A DNA stretch of 64,000 bases, taken from assembly GCF_036321535.1 (NCBI RefSeq), contig NC_087437.1, positions 72,170,001 through 72,234,000 on the forward strand, given 5' to 3'. The notes below the pieces were generated by a model that worked only from the letters and a program-made list of their open reading frames with translations, was not told the origin of the DNA and ran no database searches. This document shows positions 25,401-38,299 of the stretch, piece after piece. Positions within the stretch are counted from its first letter, which is position 1, and each line of letters opens with the position of its first letter. The stretch comes from Camelus dromedarius (lineage: Eukaryota). The position numbers and the translations under genes are program-made.

Positions 25401-27782
25401 CTCTAATACTTGTCTTTGAGACAAATTCACTAATGTGAAGACACAAGAGGAAAAGGAAGCAGATGTGCTTTAACCAAACTGGTACCTATAAGCATAATTT
25501 TGTCAAATGAACCCCTCACCTTCTACCCCTCTCTACTTCTCCTCCAACGTAATTTGTATTTTATAGCTTGCTTTTTAAAAGTTTTATTCTGTATGGCCTT
25601 CAAGACACAATAGGGAGAGAGTGATAGCCTTGTTACAATCTTTTGCTGGATAACTTTTGGCGTCATGAAGGGATGAGCATTCCTTGTGACCAAGACAAAA
25701 GAGACTGAAAGCAAAGGCCTCAGGCAGACCTAAGAGCAGATTTTTGTGGACTGAATGACCAAACCTTTGGGCACAAAGCATCTGGAAAGTATCGCAAGAA
25801 GCCTAAGCATTTGAAAACATGTACAGCCAAATGTTACTCAGCAAATATCAAAGCTGCAGTGCCACATGCATAAGAAATGTTGCTGTAGCTTCAAGTATAA
25901 TGAGCATGTCTCAAATATGCCCTAGAAGGGAAGAGTGGTCAGCGTTTGAAGTCTCCCATATTCTTGTGATCTTCCTTGAGGATAAACAATCCCAAGTACA
26001 GAAATCTTCAGGTGAAATAAATTCTCCAGTTCTTCAGGTGAAATAAATTCTCATACTTGGAAGCCTTCTGCATGTATGAGAGAAGGCCAAAGAAGAATTA
26101 TAAGGGACACTGGGAAGGACATAAGGAGACTTTGGCAGGGAGAAATACATTGCTGTAGAAGGAGTAAAAACTGCAAGACAGCTTCTCATCTGGTGTAATG
26201 CCAGACTGGAGTTTCCACAGACAACATTTTAAGGGTATAATCATCTAGTGAATTCGTGTCCTTAGACCAAATGCAATGAACCAATTAAGTATGCATGAGG
26301 GCCTGAAGAATTCTGGTCATGACAATAGCAGGGACAATCAACCAGGAGGGCATCCTCCTCTTATGTCTGGAAAAACAATTTTAAGTTGGAACCTGAATCA
26401 GTATCTCTCTGATGGGCATATTCATCCTGATTCCTCTCTCTGAAATACCTGGTCCTAGCTGGCTGCTTTGGCAAGTTGGACCTTGAATCAGGCCAGGTAT
26501 TTACTTAATTCAAAAGTTTCTCTCACTCATATTTACTTGCTCTCTCTCTTTCTCTCCAGTTAGGAAGCTCAAACTAAGAAGCTGGGCTCTGATTTCAGTT
26601 GTGGCCCATGCCAGTGGAATGGTAGAACACAATGCTTTGCTCAAGCCTTGTTTTTAAGCTTTATTCTTCCAGAATTATAGGAGGTGAAACCTTTTCTAAT
26701 GTTTCTAGAAAAATTAAGTATGCATCCATAAAACTATAAACTGCTATTTCTTCTTTTCTGTTCACACAAACGTTGTCTTTCAGAAGTTGTTACATTAAGA
26801 AAATATTGAACAGCATCTGCTTATAAAACTGCACAGTCTTGCTGAGCTGAGGGTTCAGAATAATAGGAAAAAAATACACTGAATGCCATATCTGAGGTAA
26901 CAGAATGAAATAGAGAGGAATTAAAAGCATTTAGCACTCCCTTATTTTTAAACACAATTTTTTCAGTGACCTTGATTCTTGTAAATTCTGGTGGTTTAGG
27001 GTGTTAGCTTAGTGGATTAGTCATGAAATCCATATTGGCCAAAAATGTTGGCAAGATGGGGCAGTCTCTTAATTAGGAGAGAACGTAGAGCTCTTTGGGA
27101 ACTGGTCCTTGTTTTCAGGGGCTCCTTAGTTAGCTTCATAAGAAAAATGATTGGAAGTAGTACTTTTTCTTTAGGGCTCATTTATTTAATGCCATCTTTG
27201 GATTCTTTAAAATTCTTCAAAAATAATGCCTTTTGGGAATTATTTAGGATGTTGATTACTTGATATAGTGAAAGGTTTTTTTCAGCTCTACATTCCCTTA
27301 AGAGTGGCCACAGGAATCAAAGGGAGATGAAACTGGTCAAAGTTCTGATATCTACTACCTAATATCTTTTTGAAGGGTCAAGTTTGATGAGTCTTAATTC
27401 TGTTAACTTCCTGTAATGTAATCTCTCTGTGGCACTACTGTTGAGTCCACATCAAAGGCAAAGGAAATGATGGCATTTCCTTTGACTGTGAGTGGGATTT
27501 TAGGAGAGATATTTCTGTTGTTCTGAAACCTACTTATATATGCTGAGTATATCTCCAAGAGGATGATGGCATAACGTCTGTTGCCATCAGTGTCCTGGAT
27601 CAGTTACTTGTATTCCTGTTAGTAGGGATGTTACTTGTTTTTATGTCACCAGCTCCTAGCTCAGTTCTTTTCACACAGTAGACACTCCATAAGCATTTTA
27701 CTTAAAGCTGGTATTCTTCTCAACTCCAGCCTGTAGTAAGCCCAAACTGACTCAGATCCAAAGGAACAGGACACAGGGGATC

Positions 27783-28258
27783 TGTAGTAGGGTGAAGGTA
27801 CCTCCCCCCCAAAAAAGACATGTCCATGTCTTAATCCCTGGAACATGTGAATAAGACTTTACTTGGAAAAAGGGTCTTTGCAGATGTAATTAAGTTAAGG
27901 GTTTTGAGATTATATCATCCTAGATTATCTAAATAGACTCCAAATCCAATAACAAGTGTCCTGTGAGAAACACAGAGGACAGACTTGCACAGTGAGGGAA
28001 GAGAAGATGACATGAAGACAGAGGCAGAGGTTGGAGTGATGCATCTACAAGTCAAGAACATCAGTAATTGCTGGCAGCCACCAGAAGCTAGAAGAGAGAC
28101 CTGGAACTGACTCTTCCCTCAGAGCCTCCAGAAGGAACCAATACTGTTAACACTTTGATTTCGGACTTCTAGCCTCCAGAACTGTGAGAATGAATGTCTG
28201 TTATTTAAGCCACCAAGTTTGTGATAATGTTTTGTGGCAGCCACAGGAAATGAACACA
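27783..28258 (+). mobile_element. MaLR solo LTR (MLT1C-like)
   Basis: TG...CA ends, 5-bp TSD GGATC (27778-27782 and 28259-28263), motifs GGGTCTTTGCAGATGTAATTAAG and GCCTCCAGAACTGTGAGA. Confidence 0.9.
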
Positions 28259-29919
28259 GGATCTACAGAAAGTCCAGAGAAAGCAGAGTATTTATTTTTC
28301 AAACGTTGAACTTCTCTGTGGAATTGACTGTTCCATAGCATAGATAAGGAGACAGGCCAAATGTGAGCAGGCCAGAGTCTCATCCCTGGTGCCATACTCC
28401 ACCATAAAGTTCACTCAGCGAGGACTTCCTGCTTCTGAGTTCCAGTCTGCCTTCACCTTGGGCAAGTTACTCTTTGTGTCCGGACTTCAATTTCTTTGTT
28501 GCAAAATGGAGATGCTCTTGTTACACCCTGTGTTCCTCACAGACGTGTGTGAGGCAGAGTGGAGGGGCTTGAGTTGGTAGAAGAGGTGTACATGAGAGAG
28601 AATAACTTGAGTGACACAATTTGAAGTCTGGCTGGTAAAGCACTGAACAGAAGACATCTAGGTTTAGTAATGGCCTCCTACCAGTGGGTTTATGGCTTCT
28701 ATGTAATTTTGAAGAGGGGGCACTTGCTCACTTATTTTCCATACAGACCCAGACCACAGCTTATATATCATTACACATATATGAAGAACTAACAGTCTTC
28801 AGCTGGCGACACAGCTGTGTCAGCTAGACTGCCTGCAGCTGAGTCAATACAAATTGTAACCAAGATTACAGAGAGCCAGAAAAATGGTCTACTCTGAAAG
28901 AACATCACTCCCAAGAGAGGCCACCTGGGGCCTTGAACTTTCGCAGGGATGGTTAGAGCTTTCTCTTGGGCCTCATGAAGTAAGCCATCCTCGTTGTTCC
29001 ACAGCCAGCCTGTGCCCAAGCAGCTGCTGTGTGACGTGACAGGGGTGCTGTAGAGCCCACCCTTACTCATCCTAGCAGGTGAGGAGTAGGAGCACCCAGG
29101 ACTGGTGCAGACGCCTGCCCTCCAGGGCCCACAACAGGAGGTGATTCTGAGTCCTCGTAAGAACACTGTTCTGGCCCTTGTCTGGGTTCCAGAAAGTTGT
29201 GAAAGTGGACTGAACAGCACTTCCTTGATCACCCAGTTTATGGATAGCCTGTAAACAGAATTTAGGTTTCTGAAGGATATGCTCCACAGAGCATTCATGG
29301 CAAACATACAGAGGTCTGTGAAGCAGGCAAAGCTCATCCCGCACATTCCCTCCCAGCACAGGATCCAATGTCTGGCAGCCTGGGTTAGAATCCTGGCTCT
29401 GCCTTTATTCACTTTGGGACATTACTTTCTCTGTTTCAGTTTCCTCATTTATAAAATAGTACCACCCAAAGCATGGTATTGTTGTAAATATTAAATCCAA
29501 TAATACAAATGAGTGTCAGCACTGGAAATGAAGGCAGAAGGCATGGTAAATACCCAAAAAAGTTAGCTTTAAAAAAAGGCTTGATTTCTGTGTCCTTTTT
29601 TTTCTTTCCCTTTTTAGTGTCTTCCTACAGGGCTCACTGTCCTCAACTTCAACACACACATTTCTGATATCCCCAGACTTATTTCTGCTAACAATACTGC
29701 AAACCTCAGACAAAGAAATAAAATACCCTTCCCTTTTTTCCTTCACTTCCTTGGAAGGGGACACTGTTAAGGCATTCCCTTTATCTCTTTGATACGCATC
29801 CTTCCTCTGCATGCTGACATCTTCTTACTGTAAGACCATGCTCTGTCTGTCAGGAGGGGCAGACCAAGAGTATCAGGTAGTAATAACCCTGGAAACAGCT
29901 CTAGGCTGCCAATGGGAGA

Positions 29920-31887
29920 CAGTGGAAAACATCAATGGTCTAAATGTTCCAGTTAAAAGGTGGAGATGGACAGAATAGATTTAAAAAGGCAAGAGCATAC
30001 TACATGTTTCCTACAAGAGATGCATTTAAAGTATTAAAAACAGAGATCAGTTGGAAGCAAATCACTGGAAAAAGGTAAACAATGCAAACAGTAAGCATAA
30101 GAAAGCTGAACTGGTTATATTAGTGTCAGATAATAAGACAGACTTCAAACCAAGAAGTATTACCAGTAATAAAGAGGAAAATTTCATAATAATCAAAAGG
30201 ACAATTCATCAGAAAGATGTAACAATTGTAAACTTGCATGCACTTAATAACATCCTTAAAATGTGTGAAGCAAATATTGAGAGAATAAAAGAGAAAAGTA
30301 GAAAACTCAATGCCCAGTGGAAAATTTCAACTCTCCTTTACCAACAACTACTAAGGACCCTAGACCAAAAATAAGAAAAAAGACATGGAAGATTGTAGAA
30401 ACAATAAAAACCAACTAGACCTAATTGACATTTATAAAGTACTACACACAACTGCAATACACGTTATTTTCAAGTATTCATGGTACATTACTTAGAGAAA
30501 TTTGAGAATACCTAAATAAATGGTGAGGTATACCATGATTATGGGTTAGAAGACTCAGTATCATTAAGATTTCATATATTCCCAAATTTGTCAATGAAAT
30601 ACCAATAAAACTTCTAGTAAACTTTTTTTTTTGTAGAAACTGGAGACCTAATTAAAAATTATACATGGAAGTGCAAAAGAACTAAAATAACCTAAGCAAT
30701 TTATAAAAAGAGAGCACAAAGTTGGGAGACACCCTACTTGATTCCAAGACTTACTATAAAGCTGCAATAATTAAGATGCTTTGGCACTGACAAGAAGATT
30801 TTTTATATATATATATATATATATACACACACATACACATACACAGAGAGAGGGAGAGAGAGAGAACAGAGTCTAGAAATAGACATACATATATATGGTC
30901 AATTGCTTATTACAAAGGTACCAAGGTGATTTAATGAGGAAAATTTTCAAAAAGTTCGTGCTGGATAGCAACATGAGAAAAATTAATAAACATCAATCTT
31001 TACCTTACAACATACACAAAAATGAACCTGAAATGGATCAAAATCTAAATTTATAAAACATCAAGAAAATTATAAATACATAAAAAATATAAAATCTAAA
31101 TTATAAAACATCAAGAAAAAAGACAGGAGAAATTTCTTACTATCTTGGGGTATGCAAAGATTTCTCAGACAGACTGCAAAGAGCACAAACCATAAAATAA
31201 AAAAAATTTTTAATTGGAATTTGTCAAAATTAAAAACATCTGTTCCTCAAAACAAAGCAAAAAGGCAAGCAGCACAAATTGGATAAAATGTTTGCAACAC
31301 ATACATCTAATGAAAGGGAGCAGCCTTTGCCACTCCAAAATCTGCCTTTTGGCATACTGACTATTTTAAGCTGGTTATTTTTTAAGGTAGAGCAAACACA
31401 AGTGAAGCTCTGAAACTGAGTAGAAATTACCATTTCTTAAGAAATACTTACATTTATAAGGGAAACCTTTATTTGTCAGGATGTTTCCCTCTCACACTAC
31501 CAGGAAAAGGAAGAAATTTAAATCTCTAAAAAACGGTTATCAATGGAGAAAGCTTGAATTGAAATCTGCATAACAACTTTACTCTTGTTTACTGTGCTTT
31601 CCCTGATAACCTCCCAAAACTGATAAACTCCCCATCCCCAGTATCTTCTGCTTTAGCTGAAGATGATACTCACAGTGATGGCTTCAACCATCTTGGAGAG
31701 TTACTCAGTTTTCCTGGGTCTCTCCCATGTATATAGGAGGCATACATGTTATTAAATTTTTGTTTGTTTTCACCTATTAATCGGTCTTATGTTTATTTAA
31801 TTATTAGATCAACCAAAGAACCTGGAAAAGAAGGGGCCACTTATTCACCCCTACACTAACAAAAGACTTGTTTCCAAAATATATAAC
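29920..31887 (+). mobile_element. Old L1 ORF2 fragments (EN region joined to post-RT region), interrupted by an LTR
   Basis: ORF 30051-30374 is EN-like. The sequence jumps near 30490 to the post-RT region and resumes after the LTR as CTAACAAAAGACTTGTTTCCAAAATATATAA. Confidence 0.8.
31311..31855 (+). mobile_element. ERV1 solo LTR (MER34-like)
   Basis: TG...CA ends, 4-bp TSD CTAA (31307-31310 and 31856-31859), CCAAAATCTGCCTTTTGGCATACTGACTATTTTAAGCTG start motif, ATTAAA poly-A signal. Confidence 0.85.
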
Positions 31888-31889
31888 CT

Positions 31890-32150
31890 GAGCTATTTTT
31901 ATTCACAATACTTCTGACACAAAATGTGTGGGTTTCCTCCGACATCAACAACCAGGTCTCCAACTCTTCAAGATACAACTATGTGTCCTACAATCCAATT
32001 CTGACACTAACTACCCAGAGTTAGTGTCAGATTCCTCAAGTTTAAGGGCTCAGTCCTGCATGACTGCCCTAACTTCAGACATTAGTCACTGCAAGTCCCA
32101 GGTTGCTACCTGTATTTCTGACCAACTGGTTATAACTTGGGAGTTCCCAC
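31890..32150 (-). mobile_element. MER21-like LTR fragment
   Basis: ACTTCTGACACAAAATGTGTGG...CAATTCTGACACTAACTACCCAGAGTTAGTGTCAGAT...AAGGGCTCAGTCC. Confidence 0.75.
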
Positions 32151-32481
32151 CATTTTGTTTCGAGGCAAATTATGCTCAGAGACTTAAACTGTTTTTGCCA
32201 ATATTTTTTTTAACACAGTTCCACTGTGGGAGTTATAATAATTTAACAAGCTAATAGCATACAGGACTAAGTTTCTTTATCAGTCAATAAAGAAATAACA
32301 TACTCCAAAACAACAACAGATTAACCACATTATTTTTCCAGGCAAGGGGGAGCTGAAAGGAACAAAGTCCTAATTTTGTTGAGGTGCACCTTTCTATGAG
32401 TTGGTTCTCTGGAGAGATGGCTTAGCTGACCAAGAGCTGAAGTCCAGCTGCCCATGCAAAAGCCAAAGTGTCTGGTTGTGT

Positions 32482-32963
32482 TGTTACGGAAACGACAGGC
32501 CAACCAAGAAACAAGCACCACTTGGAGGGTTGGAGTACTCAGATGTATTACGCCGGCGGGCTCAGAGGGGCTTCTGTTCCGAAGCTCTGAGCACCTCCAA
32601 GACGTGCGCATGAGGTTTTACAGGGTAAAGTACAAGCTTGGGGTATTCGGCCAATAGGCATGGAACAGCTTTAGCAGCATCAGTATCACAAAAGTGGAGG
32701 CAGGGAGGCAGCAAACCAACATTCAAAAGCCAGATATATCTCTTTGAAAATCCAGCTGGCTAGCAAAAAGAACATGAACAGCAAACCAACACTAATTAAC
32801 TTAGATTTACGAGTTAGTCCAGCAGAACTCAGATCAGTATTCTGATTCTTAGATTTGTGAGTTATCTTGTTAGCCCACATTCTTAGACTTGTGAGTTATC
32901 TTGTTAGACAGCATTCTTAGACTTGTGAGTTATCTTGTTATCCCAGCCAGGTTTTCCTTCACA
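32482..32963 (-). mobile_element. Young ERV1 solo LTR (482 bp)
   Basis: TG...CA ends, perfect 4-bp TSD GTGT (32478-32481 and 32964-32967), about 10 CpGs retained, three 34-bp tandem repeats in U3. Confidence 0.9.
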
Positions 32964-33012
32964 GTGTCAACTAAAGAAAAATGAACAACCTAAAAGTTAT
33001 GAGTTAAGTTTT

Positions 33013-36000
33013 TAATTGAAATACAGTCGATTTATAATATTGTGTTAATTTCAGGTATATAGCAAAGTGGTTCAATTATATATTTTTTCAGATTATATTC
33101 AAATGTAGGCTATTACAAAATATTGAATATAGTTCCCTGTGCTATACAGTAAATCCTTGTTACTTATCCATTTTATGGATAGTAGTTTGTATCTGTTAAT
33201 ACCATATTCCTAATTTGTTCCTCCCTGCATCTCTCACCCCTTTGGTAATCAGTTTGTTTTCTATGTCTGTGAGTCTGTTTCTGTTTTGTGTATAGATTCA
33301 TTTGTAGTATTTTTTAGATCACACATGTAAGTGATACATATACTATTTGTCTTTAACTTACTTCACTAAGCATATTATTCTATAGGTCCATCCATGTTGC
33401 TGCAAATGGCAATATTTCATTAATTTTATGGCTGAGTAATATTTCATCCAAGTATACACTATATCTTCTTAAGCTAGTCATCTGTTTATAGGCATCTGGG
33501 TTGCTTTCATGTCTTGGTTATTGTAAACAATGCTGCAATGAACATTAGGGTACAGGTATCTTTTTTCATAGAAATTTTCCATTTTTCTGGATATATATAC
33601 CCAGGAGTAGGATTTTGTCAATTGTGTTTATCTTTTCAAAAAGCCAGCTCTTGGTTTTATTGATCTGTTCTATTATTTTTATCTCATTTATTTAATGTCT
33701 TCCCTGATCTTTATTATTTCCTTCCTTCTGCTGATATGGGGTTTTACTTATTCTTTTTTTTTTTTGCTAATTCTTTTTACATATGTAGGTTACACTATTT
33801 AGGTGCTCCTATATTGGGTGCAGGAACAGGTGTAACATTGTCTTCTTTTATCAATGATTTTATCATTATATGCTGCCTTTCTTTGTCTTTATTTATGGCA
33901 ATTGCTTTAAAGTGTATTTTGTCTGATACGTGTTACTACTCCTGCTTTCTTGTCATTTCCATTTGCATGAAATATCTTTTCCATCCCTTCATTTTCAGTC
34001 AGTGTGTATTTTTCACTCTGAAGTGAGTCTCTCATAGGCAGCATATTGTAGGCTCTTATTTTCTTATCCAATCTGCCACTCTTTTTTTTAAATTGGAGCA
34101 TTTAGTCCATTGACATTTAAAGTAATTATTGATGGAGGGAATGATTTAGCTCTAGTGGTCAAGTGCTAGCTTGCAAGAGGTCCTGGGTTCAATTCCCGGT
34201 ATCTCCACAATAAATAAAGTAAATAAATAAATAAACCTAATTACCTCCTACCACCACCCAAAAAACAAACAAACAAATAAAAATTATTGATAGGCATTTA
34301 CTTATTGCCATTTTAATCATTTTCCAGCTGTTTTTGTAGTTCTTTGTTAATTTCTTTTTTGTTTTCCCTATTAGTAGTTTATTTTCTTTTGTAGTATGCT
34401 TGAGTTTCTTTTTGTTTTTTGTGAATCTATTGTATGTTTTTAATTTATGGTTACCATGGAGTGCATTATGTTGACCTATTACTATATCTACTTGCTTTAA
34501 ACTGAAGTTCAAACACATTCTAAAGGATCCACATTTTCATACTCCTCTCCCCCAGCTTGTGATTTTGATGTCTTAGTTTACATCTTCATTCCGTCGTTTA
34601 CTGTTATTGCAGGTATAATCACTTTTACAATTTTTGATTGTTTTTAAATCTATGTACTGGCTTATATAAATGATCTTCAATCCTTTTGTATACTTGTCTT
34701 TTTTATTGTGATTTTACCTTTCCTATAGATTCACGCTTCTTTTCTACTTAGAGAAGACCCCTCAATACTTCTTTTAGGCTAGGTTTAGTGTGGCTGAATT
34801 CTTTTCATTTTCACTTATCTGAAGAAATCTTTCTCTTTTTTTCTATTTTAAATGATAATCTTGCTGGGCAGAGTATCCTCTAGGTTGCAGATTTTTTCCT
34901 TTCAGGACTTTGAATACATTTTGCCACTCCCTTCTAGCCTACAAAGTTTCTGCAAAGAAACCAACTGATAGCCTTATGGGGGTTGCCTTGTAAGTGACTC
35001 TGTTTTTCTCTTGCTGTCTTTAGAATCCTCTCTTTATATTTAACTTTTACTATTTTAATTATGATATATCTTGACGTGGGTCCATTTGGATTTATCTTAT
35101 TTGAAATCCTCTGTGCTTCTTGTGCCTGAATGAATATGTTTTCTTCTTTAGAATTGAGAAGTTTTCAGCCATAATTTTTCAAATATATTTTTGATCCTCT
35201 TTTCTCTCTTCTGCTTCTGAAACCCCTATTATGTGTAGGTTGGCATGCTTTGTATTATGCCAAAGATGTCATATGTTGCCTTTTTTTTTTTTTTTAATTT
35301 GTCTGTCTGCTGTTCTGATTGGGTGATTCCCATTGATCTACCTGGAATTCCAGATCACTTATTTGTTCTTCTGTGTCATTTAGTTTGCTATTCATTGCTT
35401 CTAGATTGGTGTTTAGCTCAGCAAGTGAATTGTCTGTTTTGACTGGTTCATCTTTACAGTTTTTAGTTCCTCATTATGTGACTGTAATTCTGTTGATAAT
35501 CTTTCTTAATTCTTTCAGCATTTTTATTACCTCTTTTTTGAACCTGGGGTCTAGTAAACTGATGAGGTCTGTTTCATTAATTGTTCTTTCAGGGGATTTC
35601 TCTTGTTCTTTTAATTGAGTGTAGTTGCTGTGCCCTTTCATCTTACTTTAATTTCTCTGACTATGAATTTAGGAGAAACAGATATATACTGTGGTTTTGA
35701 AGGACTATTTTTATGGGGGAGCATCCTTTTATAGATTGTGTGTGTGACGTGTTTTTGATGCAAGGGCTGGTTTTGGTTTAGACACTGAGTACAGCATGCT
35801 GGTAGCTATCCTCTTGATAACAGATGTGGTTGGTGTTGGGGTATTTAAAGCCTGTGTTGAATATGAAGTACTGCTTACTCTTTGCTCTGTAGCTGTCACT
35901 GCATTGTCAGGGGTGAGTTCTGCTCTACAGCTGTTGAAGTAGAATCCCTAAGGGTCAGGTTAGATCAGGCTCTGTTGTCCTTGAATGTGAGCCCAACCCC

Positions 36001-37093
36001 AAAGGAGACGATTGCTGAAGCAAGTGAGGCCCATGGTGTCACAGAGGGCCTATGTGCCACATGTGTATGCATCTGTGGTTCTCCTCAGAATCAGCCCAAG
36101 GTCACGCCCCTTTCTGTGTTGTCCCAGATTTAGTGCAAGGCGGTGGTGTGCTGTAGGCTTGGGTTGGGGGGTTGGGTCATTGTGGCTACACAAACTGAGT
36201 TGGCTGTGCTGCTGCCTGAAATCTGGGCTGCCTCTGTGACAGACATATCCCAAGGCTGTCTAGTCCAGATTCAGTGCTTAGCTGCTGCACCCTCTTGTGG
36301 TGCCACCCAGGTGTGCTCTCTGACAATGGGCTCCAGGGCTCCATCTGGATCACACCCTAGGCCTACTGGGCTGTCTCTTTGTAGCTATATTGAGCCATCT
36401 CCTGGGGCCTGTCTGCCTGAGATTCAGCCAGCACTAAGCAGCTGTGCATTCTTTAGACCCACTGTGCCCTGCATGCACTGACAATGGCCTCTTCAGCTCT
36501 GTCCAGATCACATCCCAGGACCCTGGTCTGACTTTGCATAGTTAGATCAAATATTTGCCATATCCTGTGCTTGGCTGTGGTGTGGAGTGAGTAAGGCCAG
36601 AGTGACTGCTTCTTCAGGCTAGGAAATGTAGTGAAGCAGAAGCTGCCAGTGCAAGGCTCTCTCTGCCCTGACTGTTAGCAAGGTGACATGTGCACACTCC
36701 TCATGAGCAGAGTCTAGGCTATTTTCCACCCATTCTATCTGTCTCAGTAGATTTTCCAGCAAGAGAGTCTGTCTCCCTTACTCAGGACCCCAGGTCTGGG
36801 TCACCCAGTTTGTGGATTGACCTGCTCACCTCCCAGAGTAAGGGTCCCCCCATGTGGACCTTCTTTTCCTTACAGATTCCTCCCAGGGGTGCAGGTCCCA
36901 ACCCAATGCCTTTTTTCCCATCCTACCTGGTTACATGGAGATCTTTCTATGGCTTTGGTTGTATAGGAGTTTTTCTGCCAGTTTCTAGTTAGTTTTCCAT
37001 GAGAATTGTTCCACATGTAGATGTATTTTTTGATGAGTCTGTAGGGGAAGATGAGCTCCACGTACTCCTACCCACCATCCTGATCCCTCTCTG
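33013..37093 (-). mobile_element. LINE-1 with intact 5' and 3' ends and two internal ORF2 deletions
   Basis: 13-bp TSD TGAGTTAAGTTTT at 33000-33012 and 37094-37106. 5' start GAGAGGGATCAGGATGGTGG on the minus strand, ~1.4-kb 5'UTR, decayed ORF1 ~35641-34748, ORF2 ATG at 34311, L1 3' terminus near 33013. Confidence 0.9.
34134..34281 (+). mobile_element. Vic-1-type SINE inside the minus-strand L1
   Basis: TAGCTCTAGTGG...GAGGTCCTGGGTTCAATTCCCGG...AAACCTAATTACCTCC. TSD AATTATTGAT at 34124-34133 and 34282-34291. Confidence 0.85.
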
Positions 37094-37694
37094 TGAGTTA
37101 AGTTTTATTCAGGGATCTTACTGAGGACTAGAGCCCAGGAGACAGCCTCTCGGAGAGCTCTGAGAAACTGTTCTAAAGGGATAAATGAGGAGCCAGGATA
37201 TATAGGAGTTTTTTGCCGGGGGGGTGGGGAGTGGGGAGGGGAACACATGTAATAGAACATTAAAAGATTACTGCTTATCACAAAGAATAAACATTTCAAG
37301 TTAACGATTTTAGAGCTTTTTTTTTTACAAAGAATAAACATTTCAAGTTAATGATTTTAGTGCTTTTTTTTTTTACAAAGAAAAAACATTTCAAGTTAAT
37401 GATTTTAGTGCTTTTTTATGTATGGGAAGATGCAAGATTCTGGGGCTTACTGAAATTATTCCTTAGATATACATCTTAACTATGGAGGGCCTGTATCTAA
37501 AGCACAGAATCCTTCTTGTTTTTCTCTATCCTGAATTATCCTCTGCAATGTCAATGAGCAACTGCAGTGACTAATGACTTGATCATTGTAGAACTGGAAT
37601 GGAAGGCAACATTCCCTGTCCACAGTTGCTAGAGCATGTTATTAGGGAACTCTGATGCCAGTGTTGACTAGCAAGATGATCTCCTTGGCAGGGC

Positions 37695-37930
37695 CAATTT
37701 ATATTCCCACCAAAAGTGCACGAGGGTTTCCTTTTCTCCACAACCTCATCAACACTTGTTATTTGTTGTGTTTTTGATAATAGCCATTTTAACAAGTGTG
37801 AGGGCATATCTCATTGTGGTTTTGATTTGCATTTCTCTGATGCCTAGTGATGTTGAGCATCTTTCCATGTATCTGTTGGCCATCTGTCTGTCTTCTTTGG
37901 AAAAATGTCTATTCAGGTTCTCTGTCCATT
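37695..37930 (-). mobile_element. L1 ORF2 C-terminal fragment
   Basis: CTCATTGTGGTTTTGATTTGCATTTCTCTGATG...GTTGAGCATCTTTCCATG. Confidence 0.8.
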
Positions 37931-37939
37931 AAGCTAAAG

Positions 37940-38290
37940 AATTTTAAAAGTATTTATTTATTAATTTATTTAAACATAACAATCACAAACCCATTACATA
38001 TTAAAGTAAATAGCATTTTAATGAATAACAAATACTTCTCAAACAGAAAAAATTAATGGGAGAATGGTGTCATTTTATATCTTTGCAAATCTCTGGTTTA
38101 ATAGAAGACAGGTGGATTCTCAATCTGCTTCAGCATTCAGTCTGTTGTGAGATGATCTTTCGGTTGAAGTAAATTAAGAAAATCTGGTCTCTTACAGATA
38201 CGTACTTGGAAAAAGTCAACTTCAGGAATCCTCTGAAATAGTCTTGGAAATTCTCAGGGCTCTTCAGTCCTCTGTTTGAGATTCCCTAAC
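37940..38290. mobile_element. hAT Charlie1-like DNA transposon end
   Basis: TTTGCAAATCTCTGGTTTAATAGAAGACAGGTGGATTCTC...TCTGCTTCAGCATTCAGTCTGTTG. Confidence 0.6.
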
Positions 38291-38299
38291 CTAAAGTTA

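Larger units (their letters stand above)
32479..37624 (-). mobile_element. ERV1 solo LTR (host), split by a second LTR and an L1; own sequence at 32479-32481, 32964-33012 and 37094-37624
   Basis: Reconstructed ends TGTCAACTAAAG...GTCCACA with 4-bp TSD GTTG (32475-32478 and 37625-37628). Minus-strand AATAAA at ~37103 and TATA-like box at ~37200. Confidence 0.85.

Noticed and set aside
26005..26052. 22-bp direct repeat with period 26; similar short duplications at ~13632, ~19112 and ~31040
   Set aside because: Ordinary slippage duplications with no sign of function.
28789..29412. 207-aa minus-strand ORF
   Set aside because: Starts in MIR-like sequence, composition is Cys/Trp/Ser-rich like random DNA, and no homology is recognised.
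32845..32940. CRISPR-like appearance of regularly spaced repeats (also 37280-37417 and 22330-22476)
   Set aside because: Mammalian DNA, spacers of only 0-6 bp or self-derived, no cas genes; these are LTR tandem repeats or local duplications.
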